From an uncultured Rubrivirga sp. (GTDB taxonomy: Bacteria > Actinomycetota > Actinomycetes > S36-B12), in NCBI GenBank assembly GCA_964595675.1, contig CAZQRR010000001.1, positions 3,724 to 67,723 on the forward strand: a stretch of DNA of 64,000 bases, read 5' to 3'. The translations under genes were made by a program, and so were the position numbers. Each line of letters opens with the position of its first letter. Position 1 is the first letter of the stretch. Shown here piece by piece: positions 56,240 to 64,000 of this stretch. The notes beneath the pieces were generated by a model. The model did not search any database. It saw only the letters and a program-made list of their open reading frames with translations, and was not told the DNA's origin.

Positions 56240-59224
56240 TCAGGTGACCTGTTCGTCGGGTACGGCTTCCTCGACGCCCTCGTCGACCGGTGGCGGCAGT
56301 CCACCGCCAACGAGCTGCGCCTCGGCCGCCGCTGCTCGTTGCAGCGCCTCCTCCAAACGGTCCTGGGCCTGGCCGTAGGCCCCGAAGTCGCCTTCAGCCA
56401 ACGCTGCCTGACCATCGGCATAGGCCTGCTGTGCGTCCTGGATAGCGATCGTTAGGTCGGTGAGGGGGTCGCCCGTAGAGGGGATCGGTTCCGGCGGCAC
56501 ATCCTCGGGGATCGGTTGAGGCTCGAGGCCTCCCTCAGACTCGAATTCCGGGTCGACGGTCGGAGCTGGCGAAGAGCCGAACACCTGATCCAAGGCTCCG
56601 GCGAGGGTGTCGTCGAGCGCCACATTGGCGCCATAGCCCACCAGCACCTTTCGAAGCAGCGGATAGCCCTCGGACGCCGCGCGCAGATAGACAGGTTCCA
56701 CATATAGCAAGCCGTCGTTGAATGGAAGCGACAAGAGGTTGCCGAACTCGATCTCCGAACCTCCTCGGCGCAGCAACGAGAGCTGAGAGGAGACGACCGG
56801 ATCGGATTCGAAGTTGTTCTGCACCTGTTGCGGGCCGGGGGTGGTCGTGTTGGACGGCAGCTGCAGCACGCGGATCTTGCCGTAGTCCTCCCCTGGGGCC
56901 GAGTTCACCTGCATGAACGCGGCCAGAGTCTGCCGCCGCTGCGGGGCGAATGTGGTGGTGAGCGAGAAAGCCGGCTCGATCTCACCGGGCATCTGCAAGG
57001 TGAGGTAGTACGGCGGTTGGAATACCTGCGCGGGAGTGACGGTTGGATCGAAGGGAACGATCCACACAGCGGTGCCGTTATAGAAGGTGTCGGCGTCCGT
57101 CACGTGGTAGCGCGACATCATGAAGCGCTGGACCTTGAACAGATCCTGCGGGTAGCGCACGTGTTGTTCCACGGCTTCCGGCATAGCAGATCGCGGCTCG
57201 ACCACATCGGGGAAGGCCTTCTGCCACGTCTGCAGGACCGGATCGGCTTCATCCCAGGCGTACAAAGTGACCGAACCTTCATAGGCGTCCACGACTGCCT
57301 TCACCGAATTGCGCGCGTAGTTGACCTGGTCGCGCGCGATCAAGCCTGCAGCGAAGTTCGCACCGCTGATGGAGTCGGCGGTAGCTTCGGAAAGGGACAC
57401 CCGGCTGGAGTACGGGAAGTCGTTGCTCAACGTGTAGCCATCGACGATCCACTTGATCCGACCGTCGATAACTACGGGGTAGGGATCTTGATCCAACGTG
57501 AGCCAGGGAGCGACCTTGCCAACACGCGTGAGCGGATCGCGATCCCACATGATCTGAGAATCGGCGTTGACCAAATCCGACAGCAGGATGTTGGAGTCTT
57601 GGAACTTCGTGGCGAACAGTAGGCGACCGAAGAGCGATCCCATCGGTACGCCGCCGTCACCCTCGTAGGTGCTGTTGCGCTGCCCCGACGGACTTTGGTC
57701 GTCTGGATAGTCGAGTTCGATCGGCGGACTCCCCTCGGGTGCACCGACGATCGAGTAGGGCGGAGAGAACTCACCGAAGTAGATTCGTGGCTGCTCGAGA
57801 TCCAATGCGCCCGTCGTAGGAATGTCGCTGACGAAGAAGTCGGGGGTGCCATTGGACAGGGCCGTGTTGTCGTACGCGGCAACCACGCCATAGCCGTGAG
57901 TGAAGACGGCCACCTCGTTGGTCCAATTGCGCTGACCGTCAGGTATACCCGCAAGGTTGATTTCGCGCGCTGCGATGACCGCACCCCGCTGTTGATCATC
58001 GAGTGTGTAGCGATCGATGTCCAACCGCGCATTGAAGGAGTAGTAACCACGGATCTGCTGCAACTGGTTGTAGGTGGGTGAGACGACCGCCGGATCCAGG
58101 AGACGAATGTTGTCCAGGGTTCCCGCGCTGGCTTGGAGAACCTCCTCCGACGGCGGAGAGACCGAACCGGCGTACTCCTCGACCTCGGCATCGGCGATGT
58201 TGTAGGCATCGCGTGTCGCTTCGATGTTGCGTTCGATGTACGGACGCTCGCGCACCAACTCGCTCGGTCGAACTTGGAACTGCTGGACGATCAAGGGGTA
58301 CACGCCACCGACGATCACCGAGGTCAGGACCATCAGTCCCAGGCCGATCAGCGGAATGATCCATTGACGAATGAATATGTTGACTAGGAAAAGGAGACCG
58401 ACCAACAAAGCCACGAACGTCAAGATGTTCAGGGCGGGGAGCACAGCGTTGGCGTCCGTGTACTGCAGGCCGGTGAAGCCGCCTGCCAGATCGCTGCTGC
58501 GCAAGACGAGGTCGTACCGATCCAGCCAGTAAGCCGCAGCCTTGAGGACAAGGAAAACCGCGAGCAGGGCGGACACCTGAACCTGAGCCGCCCTGGTGGC
58601 GCGATCCCCCTTGGGTTGCAGACGAAGGCCCCCGTAGAGGTATTGCACGACCACCACGAGGCCCAAGGCGATGAAGACGGTGACGAATGCGTAGCCGAGC
58701 AAGAATCGAAGGAATGGAAGTTCGAAGGTGTAGAAGGAGACGTCCAGCCCGAACTGCGGGTCGGTCATGCCGAAGGGCGTGGAGTTGCGCCACTGAAGGT
58801 AACGGCCCCACTCGCCAGCGGCGGCCAAGCCGCCGAACAGGCCGAAGATCGCCGTGAGCGCCAAGACGATGCGACCCCGGTAAGGCTCGACCGCCTCGCG
58901 ATAGCGCTCGAGAGAGGCCTGCTCGGGGGTCGTGCCCGCGAATGCAGGTCGTGTCCGATACGAAATTAGGAGCGCTGCCAACACGACCAACGCGAGCGCA
59001 AGTCCGAACCCAGCGAACATCACGCCTCTGGTGACGATCGCAATTGTGTAGACCTGCGGCTTGTCGACGGAGGTGAACCACAGCCAGTCGGTGTAGAAGC
59101 CGGTGAACAGCACGAAGCTCACGACCAGTGCGGCTAGAACGCCGATGGTGGGGAGGAGGACTCCCCCGCGCCGACGATCAGCCGTTTCCGAACCAACACC
59201 CCCGCCGGGGAAATTAAACGTCAC
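56240..59224 (-). CDS. UPF0182-family large membrane protein (Rv3193c-like)
   Basis: 994 aa. About seven N-terminal TM helices, then a large extracytoplasmic region and an acidic C-terminus. GTG start. Confidence 0.85.
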   Translation of the reverse strand: MTFNFPGGGVGSETADRRRGGVLLPTIGVLAALVVSFVLFTGFYTDWLWFTSVDKPQVYTIAIVTRGVMFAGFGLALALVVLAALLISYRTRPAFAGTTPEQASLERYREAVEPYRGRIVLALTAIFGLFGGLAAAGEWGRYLQWRNSTPFGMTDPQFGLDVSFYTFELPFLRFLLGYAFVTVFIALGLVVVVQYLYGGLRLQPKGDRATRAAQVQVSALLAVFLVLKAAAYWLDRYDLVLRSSDLAGGFTGLQYTDANAVLPALNILTFVALLVGLLFLVNIFIRQWIIPLIGLGLMVLTSVIVGGVYPLIVQQFQVRPSELVRERPYIERNIEATRDAYNIADAEVEEYAGSVSPPSEEVLQASAGTLDNIRLLDPAVVSPTYNQLQQIRGYYSFNARLDIDRYTLDDQQRGAVIAAREINLAGIPDGQRNWTNEVAVFTHGYGVVAAYDNTALSNGTPDFFVSDIPTTGALDLEQPRIYFGEFSPPYSIVGAPEGSPPIELDYPDDQSPSGQRNSTYEGDGGVPMGSLFGRLLFATKFQDSNILLSDLVNADSQIMWDRDPLTRVGKVAPWLTLDQDPYPVVIDGRIKWIVDGYTLSNDFPYSSRVSLSEATADSISGANFAAGLIARDQVNYARNSVKAVVDAYEGSVTLYAWDEADPVLQTWQKAFPDVVEPRSAMPEAVEQHVRYPQDLFKVQRFMMSRYHVTDADTFYNGTAVWIVPFDPTVTPAQVFQPPYYLTLQMPGEIEPAFSLTTTFAPQRRQTLAAFMQVNSAPGEDYGKIRVLQLPSNTTTPGPQQVQNNFESDPVVSSQLSLLRRGGSEIEFGNLLSLPFNDGLLYVEPVYLRAASEGYPLLRKVLVGYGANVALDDTLAGALDQVFGSSPAPTVDPEFESEGGLEPQPIPEDVPPEPIPSTGDPLTDLTIAIQDAQQAYADGQAALAEGDFGAYGQAQDRLEEALQRAAAAEAQLVGGGLPPPVDEGVEEAVPDEQVT

Positions 59225-59251
59225 CTTGCCAACTTACGACACACCCCGCGA

Positions 59252-60355
59252 TCAGGCCTGCGCAGGGCAACCCTCGAGCGAATCGCCCGCCGTCCAGGCG
59301 CGGATGGCGTCGATGGCCTGGGTCAAAGTCGAGACCGGAACCACCTGTAGCCCGTCGGGTACGTGCCCCTCCGCTTCGGCGCAGTGGCGCTCTGGCATCA
59401 AGAACAATTCGGCTCCGGCGTCGCGCGCGCCCGCCAACTTCTGCCGGATGCCGCCGACCGGGCCGACCTTCCCCTCGGGATCGATCGTCCCCGTTCCGGC
59501 CACGTAGCCACCCGCTGTCAGGTCTTCGGGGGTCAACTTGTCGACGATGCCCGTTGCGAACATCAGGCCAGCGCTGGGACCACCGACATCTTGCAGCGTG
59601 AAGTCGATCTCGAAGTCGGGAGTGAAGAACAGTCCGACCGTCACACCCAGATACGGAGTATCCGGATCAGCCGGATTCGGGGCAGACTCGATGGTGAAGG
59701 TGACGGGCTCACCGGAGCGTTCGATTTCGAAGTCGAATGAACTGCCGATGGGTTTCGCTCGCACCGTGTCCACCACTTGCCCTGTCTCGGTGATGGCGAC
59801 CCCATCGATGGAGACGATCGCGTCTCGTGGTTCAAAGAACTCACCGGCTGGCGCATCCGCGAGAACGGCGGTGGCAACGACCTCGGTTGCCACCGGGATA
59901 TTCAGGTAAGTCAGTGCGGCACCTACTGCATCCGACTCAGAGGTACTGAAGAGCGCCGCTTGGCGTTGCCGAACCTGCTCTCCGGTCACGTCGTCGGGGT
60001 AGATCAGTTCACGGGGGACGACCGCATCCGCCGTGCTGAACCATGCACCTATGGCCTCGACGAAGGTCAGACCCCCTCGGGGGCCACCGGACTCCCGAAC
60101 GGTCGTCATGTCCAGGTTCCCGGTGACGGGATATGTGGTGGTCCCTTCGATCCGGAGGAAGGGTTCTCCGTCGTTTTCGCCGATCACGTTGAAGGTGGGA
60201 CCCGGAGCCAACTTGACGTACGGAACCGGCAGAACGAGAGCGACAGTCACCAGGACCGCGAGGGCTATGCCACTCACCAACGCGGCCTTGGCCCGATCAC
60301 CGAGGCCTCGGATTCGCCGCCGCAACGATCCCAGGGCCTGCTTCAGACGCGTCAC
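59252..60355 (-). CDS. PDZ-domain Lon-like serine protease (YlbL/SepM/Rv3194c-like)
   Basis: N-terminal TM helix, PDZ region, Lon-type catalytic motif GPSAGLMFATG. The GTG start overlaps the upstream stop as GTGA. Confidence 0.85.
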   Translation of the reverse strand: MTRLKQALGSLRRRIRGLGDRAKAALVSGIALAVLVTVALVLPVPYVKLAPGPTFNVIGENDGEPFLRIEGTTTYPVTGNLDMTTVRESGGPRGGLTFVEAIGAWFSTADAVVPRELIYPDDVTGEQVRQRQAALFSTSESDAVGAALTYLNIPVATEVVATAVLADAPAGEFFEPRDAIVSIDGVAITETGQVVDTVRAKPIGSSFDFEIERSGEPVTFTIESAPNPADPDTPYLGVTVGLFFTPDFEIDFTLQDVGGPSAGLMFATGIVDKLTPEDLTAGGYVAGTGTIDPEGKVGPVGGIRQKLAGARDAGAELFLMPERHCAEAEGHVPDGLQVVPVSTLTQAIDAIRAWTAGDSLEGCPAQA

Positions 60356-60576
60356 CGAGCCGCTGGATCGCGAGGGGCTGGATCGCGAGGAGCATCATCA
60401 CGAGGGGCTGGATCGCGAGGATTGCGGGGTATCGGCCGCTCCATCGCCTCGCGTAGCCGCGCACGATCGGCCATGGGATCTGTACGGGGATCGCTCAAGC
60501 GCGTGCGCAGACTCACGATCGCCACGGCCAGAGCGGTGATCGCGATCGGAATGGCCCACCAGACGAGTGCGGACAT
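60352..60576 (-). CDS. Small single-pass membrane protein with Pro/Arg/Asp pentapeptide-repeat tail
   Basis: Strong RBS GAAGGAGG 6 nt upstream of the ATG. TM helix WWAIPIAITALAVAIVSL. Translationally coupled (GTGA) to the PDZ protease gene. Confidence 0.7.
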   Translation of the reverse strand: MSALVWWAIPIAITALAVAIVSLRTRLSDPRTDPMADRARLREAMERPIPRNPRDPAPRDDAPRDPAPRDPAAR

Positions 60577-60697
60577 GGTGGACCTCCTTCATTTGAGTCA
60601 CCGGCGGTCGAGCCTCGACCAGACTCACGAGGGTACGACAGCCCGATGAGGCCTGCCACGGCTGGGATAGGGACCCCCTTGGCGCTAGCCGAAACGT

Positions 60698-60768
60698 GAA
60701 GCCCCCGGGTCGCGTAGTGGATGCTCGCCTTCCCCTTGCGCACATCCACTCGTTATCCCGGGGGCTTC
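60698..60768. other. Nested inverted repeat (71-nt hairpin) in a 430-bp intergenic region
   Basis: Outer arms GAAGCCCCCGGG (60698-60709) / CCCGGGGGCTTC (60757-60768). Inner arms AGTGGATG (60716-60723) / CATCCACT (60743-60750). The 19-nt loop is CTCGCCTTCCCCTTGCGCA. Confidence 0.7.
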
Positions 60769-60928
60769 GACCCGCAGAAGGTAGGGAGGCCGAGTGCCCC
60801 CAGTCAAACCAAATGAACGAATTCACCGCGGAGCCTGTGGACGAGGATGAGGACAGGCTGGGTACAAGCCGGGGACGAGGTGTGGACGACCGGTGAATGG
60901 GACTGTGTACAACGTGAGGACGACGGGT

Positions 60929-60967
60929 AAAAAAGTCGGCTTGACCTGGGGTTTTTGAACCCCCAGG
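60929..60967 (-). terminator. Possible terminator of the NUDIX gene
   Basis: Stem CCTGGGG/CCCCAGG (60945-60951 / 60961-60967). On the minus strand a T6 run follows about 10 nt later, so the spacing is not canonical. Confidence 0.35.
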
Positions 60968-61005
60968 CTGTGGATGAATATTGGTGAACTCCCGGTGAAG
61001 AGTGT

Positions 61006-61617
61006 TTACCCGAAGGACACCCACGCTGCTGTCTCGCTGATCCCTGCATGGGTAGTCGCGGGGCCGTCCATCGCCCGTCGAGCATCGCGGATGAGTGCGC
61101 GCACCGAATCATCGATGTCCGGCAGATCACCGGGAGGGAACCAGCGGAGGTCATCGCTTTCGTCGCTGATCTGGGGTCGCGGAGTGCCCTCCACCTGCAC
61201 CGCGTACTGAACGTCCCAATGCACGCTTCGGCGAACCGAGCCGTCATCTTCACGACCGCACGGCACCGGGTGTCTGTCCAACCGCACAGGGAGGCTGGAT
61301 ATCAGGCCCCGGACGACGCCGCTTTCCTCTGCCACCTCTCGGAGAGAACCGGAACGAAGATCGGCATCTTCGTTTTCAAGATGGCCGCCCAACTGCAACC
61401 ACCGCCCGACCTTGGGGTGCAAGGTCAACAGCACGGATCCGGAAATGGCATCGATCACGATCGCGCTCGCGGTTATGTGACCGACCGCGCACGATCGCCA
61501 CAGCGCATCGTCGTGTGCGGACAGGAAGGTCAGATACTCGGCGGCCAGATCCACCTGCTCACGGTCATGATGGTCGAATGCAGACAGGGAGGAATGGACG
61601 CTGCTGCGCGAGATCAT
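61006..61617 (-). CDS. NUDIX hydrolase
   Basis: Nudix box GGHLENEDADLRSGSLREVAEESGV; 203 aa. Confidence 0.88.
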   Translation of the reverse strand: MISRSSVHSSLSAFDHHDREQVDLAAEYLTFLSAHDDALWRSCAVGHITASAIVIDAISGSVLLTLHPKVGRWLQLGGHLENEDADLRSGSLREVAEESGVVRGLISSLPVRLDRHPVPCGREDDGSVRRSVHWDVQYAVQVEGTPRPQISDESDDLRWFPPGDLPDIDDSVRALIRDARRAMDGPATTHAGISETAAWVSFG

Positions 61618-61638
61618 GATGGGGAGACGTTCGATGTG

Positions 61639-62991
61639 TCACGCATCAGATTCGGGCGCATCAGATTCGGGCGCATCAGATTCGGGCGCATCAGGCTGAT
61701 CGAAGCCGTCCCATGCGTCCGGCGAAACGCCACTGGCTTCGACGAAGCCGAGCGGATCATCGAGGTCCTCCGGACTGGGCAGCAGATCCGGGTGCGACCA
61801 CAGCGCATCGCGTGCGTCGGACCCGCGTTGGGCGCGGATGGCAGCGAAGACGGTGTTCGCATCGCGAAGTCGACGGGGACGCAATTCCATACCTACCAGC
61901 GAGGCGAAGGTGCGCTCCGCGGGTCCGCCTGCAGCCCGACGGCGACGCATAGCCTCGACCAATCCCGGCAGCGACGGCAAGCGATCGGCCGCAGCGTTCT
62001 GGACGACGTCGTCGACCCATCCTTCGATGCAAGCAAGTAGCGTCTCGAGCCTCGCGACTGCAGCCTTCTGCTCGGGTGTGTCCTCTGGCGTTAGGACGCC
62101 GCCGGACAAAACCTGTTGGAGTGCCGCCGGATCGCTGAGGTCTACTCCGCCCATGGCTTCGTTCAGTTGGTCGACGTCGACCCGCATGTACCGCGCGTAC
62201 TGCTCGACTGCCCCGATCACCCGCGCAGCCAGCCAGGGAACGTGAACGAAAAGGCGCTGATGTGCCGCTTCGCGAAGCGCGACGAACATCATCGCGTCGG
62301 AGACCGGGATCTGGAGTCCATTCGCGAATTCGGTGACGTTGGTTGGCAGCAAAGCGGTGCGCGGTGATTCGGTGAGCGGAATCCCGACGTCGGATGCGGA
62401 TAGCACCTGACTTGCGAGTGCCGATAATGCCTGACCGACCTGCATGGAGAAAGCGGCCGCACCCAACTGTTGGACCATTCCCAGCATGGGTTGCAGCATC
62501 TGCATGAATTCCGGAGGAACACCTTCCGGAAGCATCGCCCGCAGCTGTTCGGGCAGGGCGTCAGTGGACAACTGCTCAACGTCCGTCGAAGCCATTCCCG
62601 CAACGGCACCGGTCACGTGCTCGGCTATCGGGGTGACGATGCGCTTCCATGCTGGGCCGGTGTGCACCAACCATTCCGACCGAGACCATGCCTCGATGGC
62701 ACCGCCAGCGGCCGGGAATGTGGTGGCCACGTCGAGCCACAAGTTCGCGAGCTCGATGGCGGATTTGGTCGCCTCGCGCTGAGAGTCGGAGACCGAGGGG
62801 TCTCCTGCAGCAACGACGGCCTTGCGAGCGACGTCCTCGACGACAGCCCAGTTCACCGGCCCCGAATCGGCCCCACTGCCTCCCGACTGCATCATCGCGC
62901 CGAGTTGCTGGAGTGCTTGACCCAGTGCCTTCATGTCGAACGGACCCTCGGGGGGATCGCTCGGTGCACCGAAGCCGAATGGAAGGGACAT
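61639..62991 (-). CDS. DUF2342/zincin-like (F420-biosynthesis-associated type) protein, Rv3195-like
   Basis: 450 aa. Family recognised from overall pattern and from its position next to the UPF0182 / PDZ protease neighbourhood. The C-terminus carries DAPES repeats. Confidence 0.6.
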   Translation of the reverse strand: MSLPFGFGAPSDPPEGPFDMKALGQALQQLGAMMQSGGSGADSGPVNWAVVEDVARKAVVAAGDPSVSDSQREATKSAIELANLWLDVATTFPAAGGAIEAWSRSEWLVHTGPAWKRIVTPIAEHVTGAVAGMASTDVEQLSTDALPEQLRAMLPEGVPPEFMQMLQPMLGMVQQLGAAAFSMQVGQALSALASQVLSASDVGIPLTESPRTALLPTNVTEFANGLQIPVSDAMMFVALREAAHQRLFVHVPWLAARVIGAVEQYARYMRVDVDQLNEAMGGVDLSDPAALQQVLSGGVLTPEDTPEQKAAVARLETLLACIEGWVDDVVQNAAADRLPSLPGLVEAMRRRRAAGGPAERTFASLVGMELRPRRLRDANTVFAAIRAQRGSDARDALWSHPDLLPSPEDLDDPLGFVEASGVSPDAWDGFDQPDAPESDAPESDAPESDA

Positions 62992-63160
62992 GTGTCCACG
63001 GTAATGCCATATGAAAGACCCGGAAAGCCACGGCGCTCAGGCCGGACTTTCCGGGTCCTCGATCACGTTCTCAAGATTCGAACTCGACTCCCGAGGGGGT
63101 CACCCCACTGAAGTGTGTCGAATCTTCGGTGGAACTAAGTCGAACGTAGGCTCAGGCGTT

Positions 63161-63319
63161 CTATGCCTTGCCCAGGATGCGGGTGACCTTGGTGCCGCAC
63201 ACCGGGCAGATGCCCTTGGCGAAGCGACGACCGTTCTCACTGGTCTCGACGTGTCCGGTGAACTCCCGCTTCTCCTTGCACTTCACGCAGTACGCCTCAC
63301 CGGTGTATTCCTCGGCCAT
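63161..63319 (-). CDS. Small zinc-ribbon protein (DUF5679-like)
   Basis: 52 aa: MAEEYTGEAYCVKCKEKREF...GICPVCGTKVTRILGKA, with two CxxC pairs. RBS GAGGAGGG. Only the last 52 codons of the 123-aa ORF are used. Confidence 0.75.
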   Translation of the reverse strand: MAEEYTGEAYCVKCKEKREFTGHVETSENGRRFAKGICPVCGTKVTRILGKA

Positions 63320-63541
63320 GGGGCCCTCCTCTTGCCGTTCTACCGCGGTCGCGGTCGGTGGCAGGCACCACCTGATGCCCCGTGGGCACCGCCTCACCCT
63401 AGGGCAGGAGCGGTACCTCCCCGGTGTGCCGCAAGGTCGTGCCGCACGAAATAATTCGACATATAGTGCAAAACAGACACACTCGCCCCTGCTGTGGGCA
63501 CCGACCGGTCCCTCCAGGCGCGGACCCGCCACAATCAGGCG

Positions 63542-64000
63542 GTGACGCAGCAGCCCCCGAAGCAGCAGCAGAACTCCTTCCGCGAGCGCGCCGATCGGGA
63601 ACAGATCGCCACGGATCTCGAATCCCTCCTTTCGATTCCCTCCATGGGTGGGACTCCCGCCGAGGTCGATGCGCAGTCCTTCCTCGCCGAGCGGTGGAGA
63701 CAGGACGGTTGGCAGGTGCAGGAATGGGAGATCGACCTGTCCTCCATCACCGCGCGGTCGGACTTCCCCGGCATGGAGGTCGAGCGCACCCGCGCGCTAG
63801 GAGTTCTGGCCCGCCGACCAGGAACCGGCGGCGGGCGCACCCTCATGCTCAACGGTCACACCGATGTTGTGCCGCCCGGCGATCTAGCTGCCTGGAGCAC
63901 CGACCCTTTCGTTCCCCGCCGCGACTGGATCGATGGACGCGAGACCATCGTGGGCCGCGGTGCGTGTGACATGAAGGGTGGACTGGTCGCGGCGTGGGAA
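63542..64000 (+). CDS. M20-family metallopeptidase (ArgE/DapE/ACY1-like), N-terminal fragment running off the window
   Basis: My own translation from GTG 63542: ...[23 protein letters not shown]...[16 protein letters not shown]. Open to the window end, hence absent from the ORF track. Confidence 0.8.
   Translation, partial: MTQQPPKQQQNSFRERADREQIATDLESLLSIPSMGGTPAEVDAQSFLAERWRQDGWQVQEWEIDLSSITARSDFPGMEVERTRALGVLARRPGTGGGRTLMLNGHTDVVPPGDLAAWSTDPFVPRRDWIDGRETIVGRGACDMKGGLVAAWE

Noticed and set aside
57996-59081. 361-aa minus-strand ORF in another frame of the UPF0182 gene
   Set aside because: Arg/Gly/Pro-rich nonsense composition. The 994-aa frame has coherent TM helices and domain structure.
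60696-60896. 66-aa plus-strand ORF in the structured intergenic region
   Set aside because: No RBS, an odd composition, and it overlaps the hairpin. It is more likely non-coding.
33116-61702. Short tandem repeats (15-17 bp) considered as a CRISPR array
   Set aside because: The units are directly adjacent with no spacers, there are only 3-4 copies, most lie inside genes, and no cas genes are present.
62180-62300. Possible degenerate zinc motif (REAAH where an HExxH might be expected) in the DUF2342-like protein
   Set aside because: Without an alignment I cannot place the family's metal-binding motif, and this subfamily may never carry a canonical HExxH.
63320-63532. Upstream 71 codons of ORF 63161..63532
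   Set aside because: Arg/Pro/Cys-rich and without support. A strong RBS and ATG define the conserved 52-aa zinc-ribbon protein.

Overview
High-GC actinobacterial chromosomal window. It is densely coding: about 60 CDS (most recognisable), one initiator tRNA-Met and one cobalamin riboswitch. I found no rRNA, CRISPR array, transposase or integrase. Gene order follows conserved actinobacterial neighbourhoods that I recall from Mycobacterium tuberculosis: gatCAB-ligA-mnmA-iscS-etfBA next to a methylglucose-lipopolysaccharide-type cluster; whiB1-pdtaS-TB7.3-rshA-sigH-aroA-rsgA; and UPF0182 with the PDZ/Lon protease. Many long antisense or alternative-frame ORFs in the track are high-GC artefacts, and several real genes had to be trimmed to internal GTG/TTG/ATG starts that overlap the upstream stop codon. 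The main points of interest are: (1) a B12-riboswitch-controlled, five-gene, translationally coupled operon in which a secreted alpha/alpha-toroid (prenyltransferase-like) protein and a membrane-anchored partner precede a dedicated ECF transporter, possibly a split transcobalamin-like corrinoid capture system; (2) FO synthase fbiC translationally coupled to an AA_synth-family protein, an EthD protein and a CYP4-like P450, with no redox partner encoded; (3) a repeat architecture at tRNA-fMet that fits two tandem integrase-less 1.9-kb cassettes, each carrying a TetR regulator plus one cargo gene; (4) a 380-bp regulatory gap with a CsoR/CstR-type palindrome beside a CstB-like MBL-rhodanese gene and an unlisted 53-codon ORF; (5) a 430-bp structured intergenic region; (6) recurrent in-frame 15-bp tandem repeats in four genes. 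All homology statements come from motif recognition by eye, not from searches.
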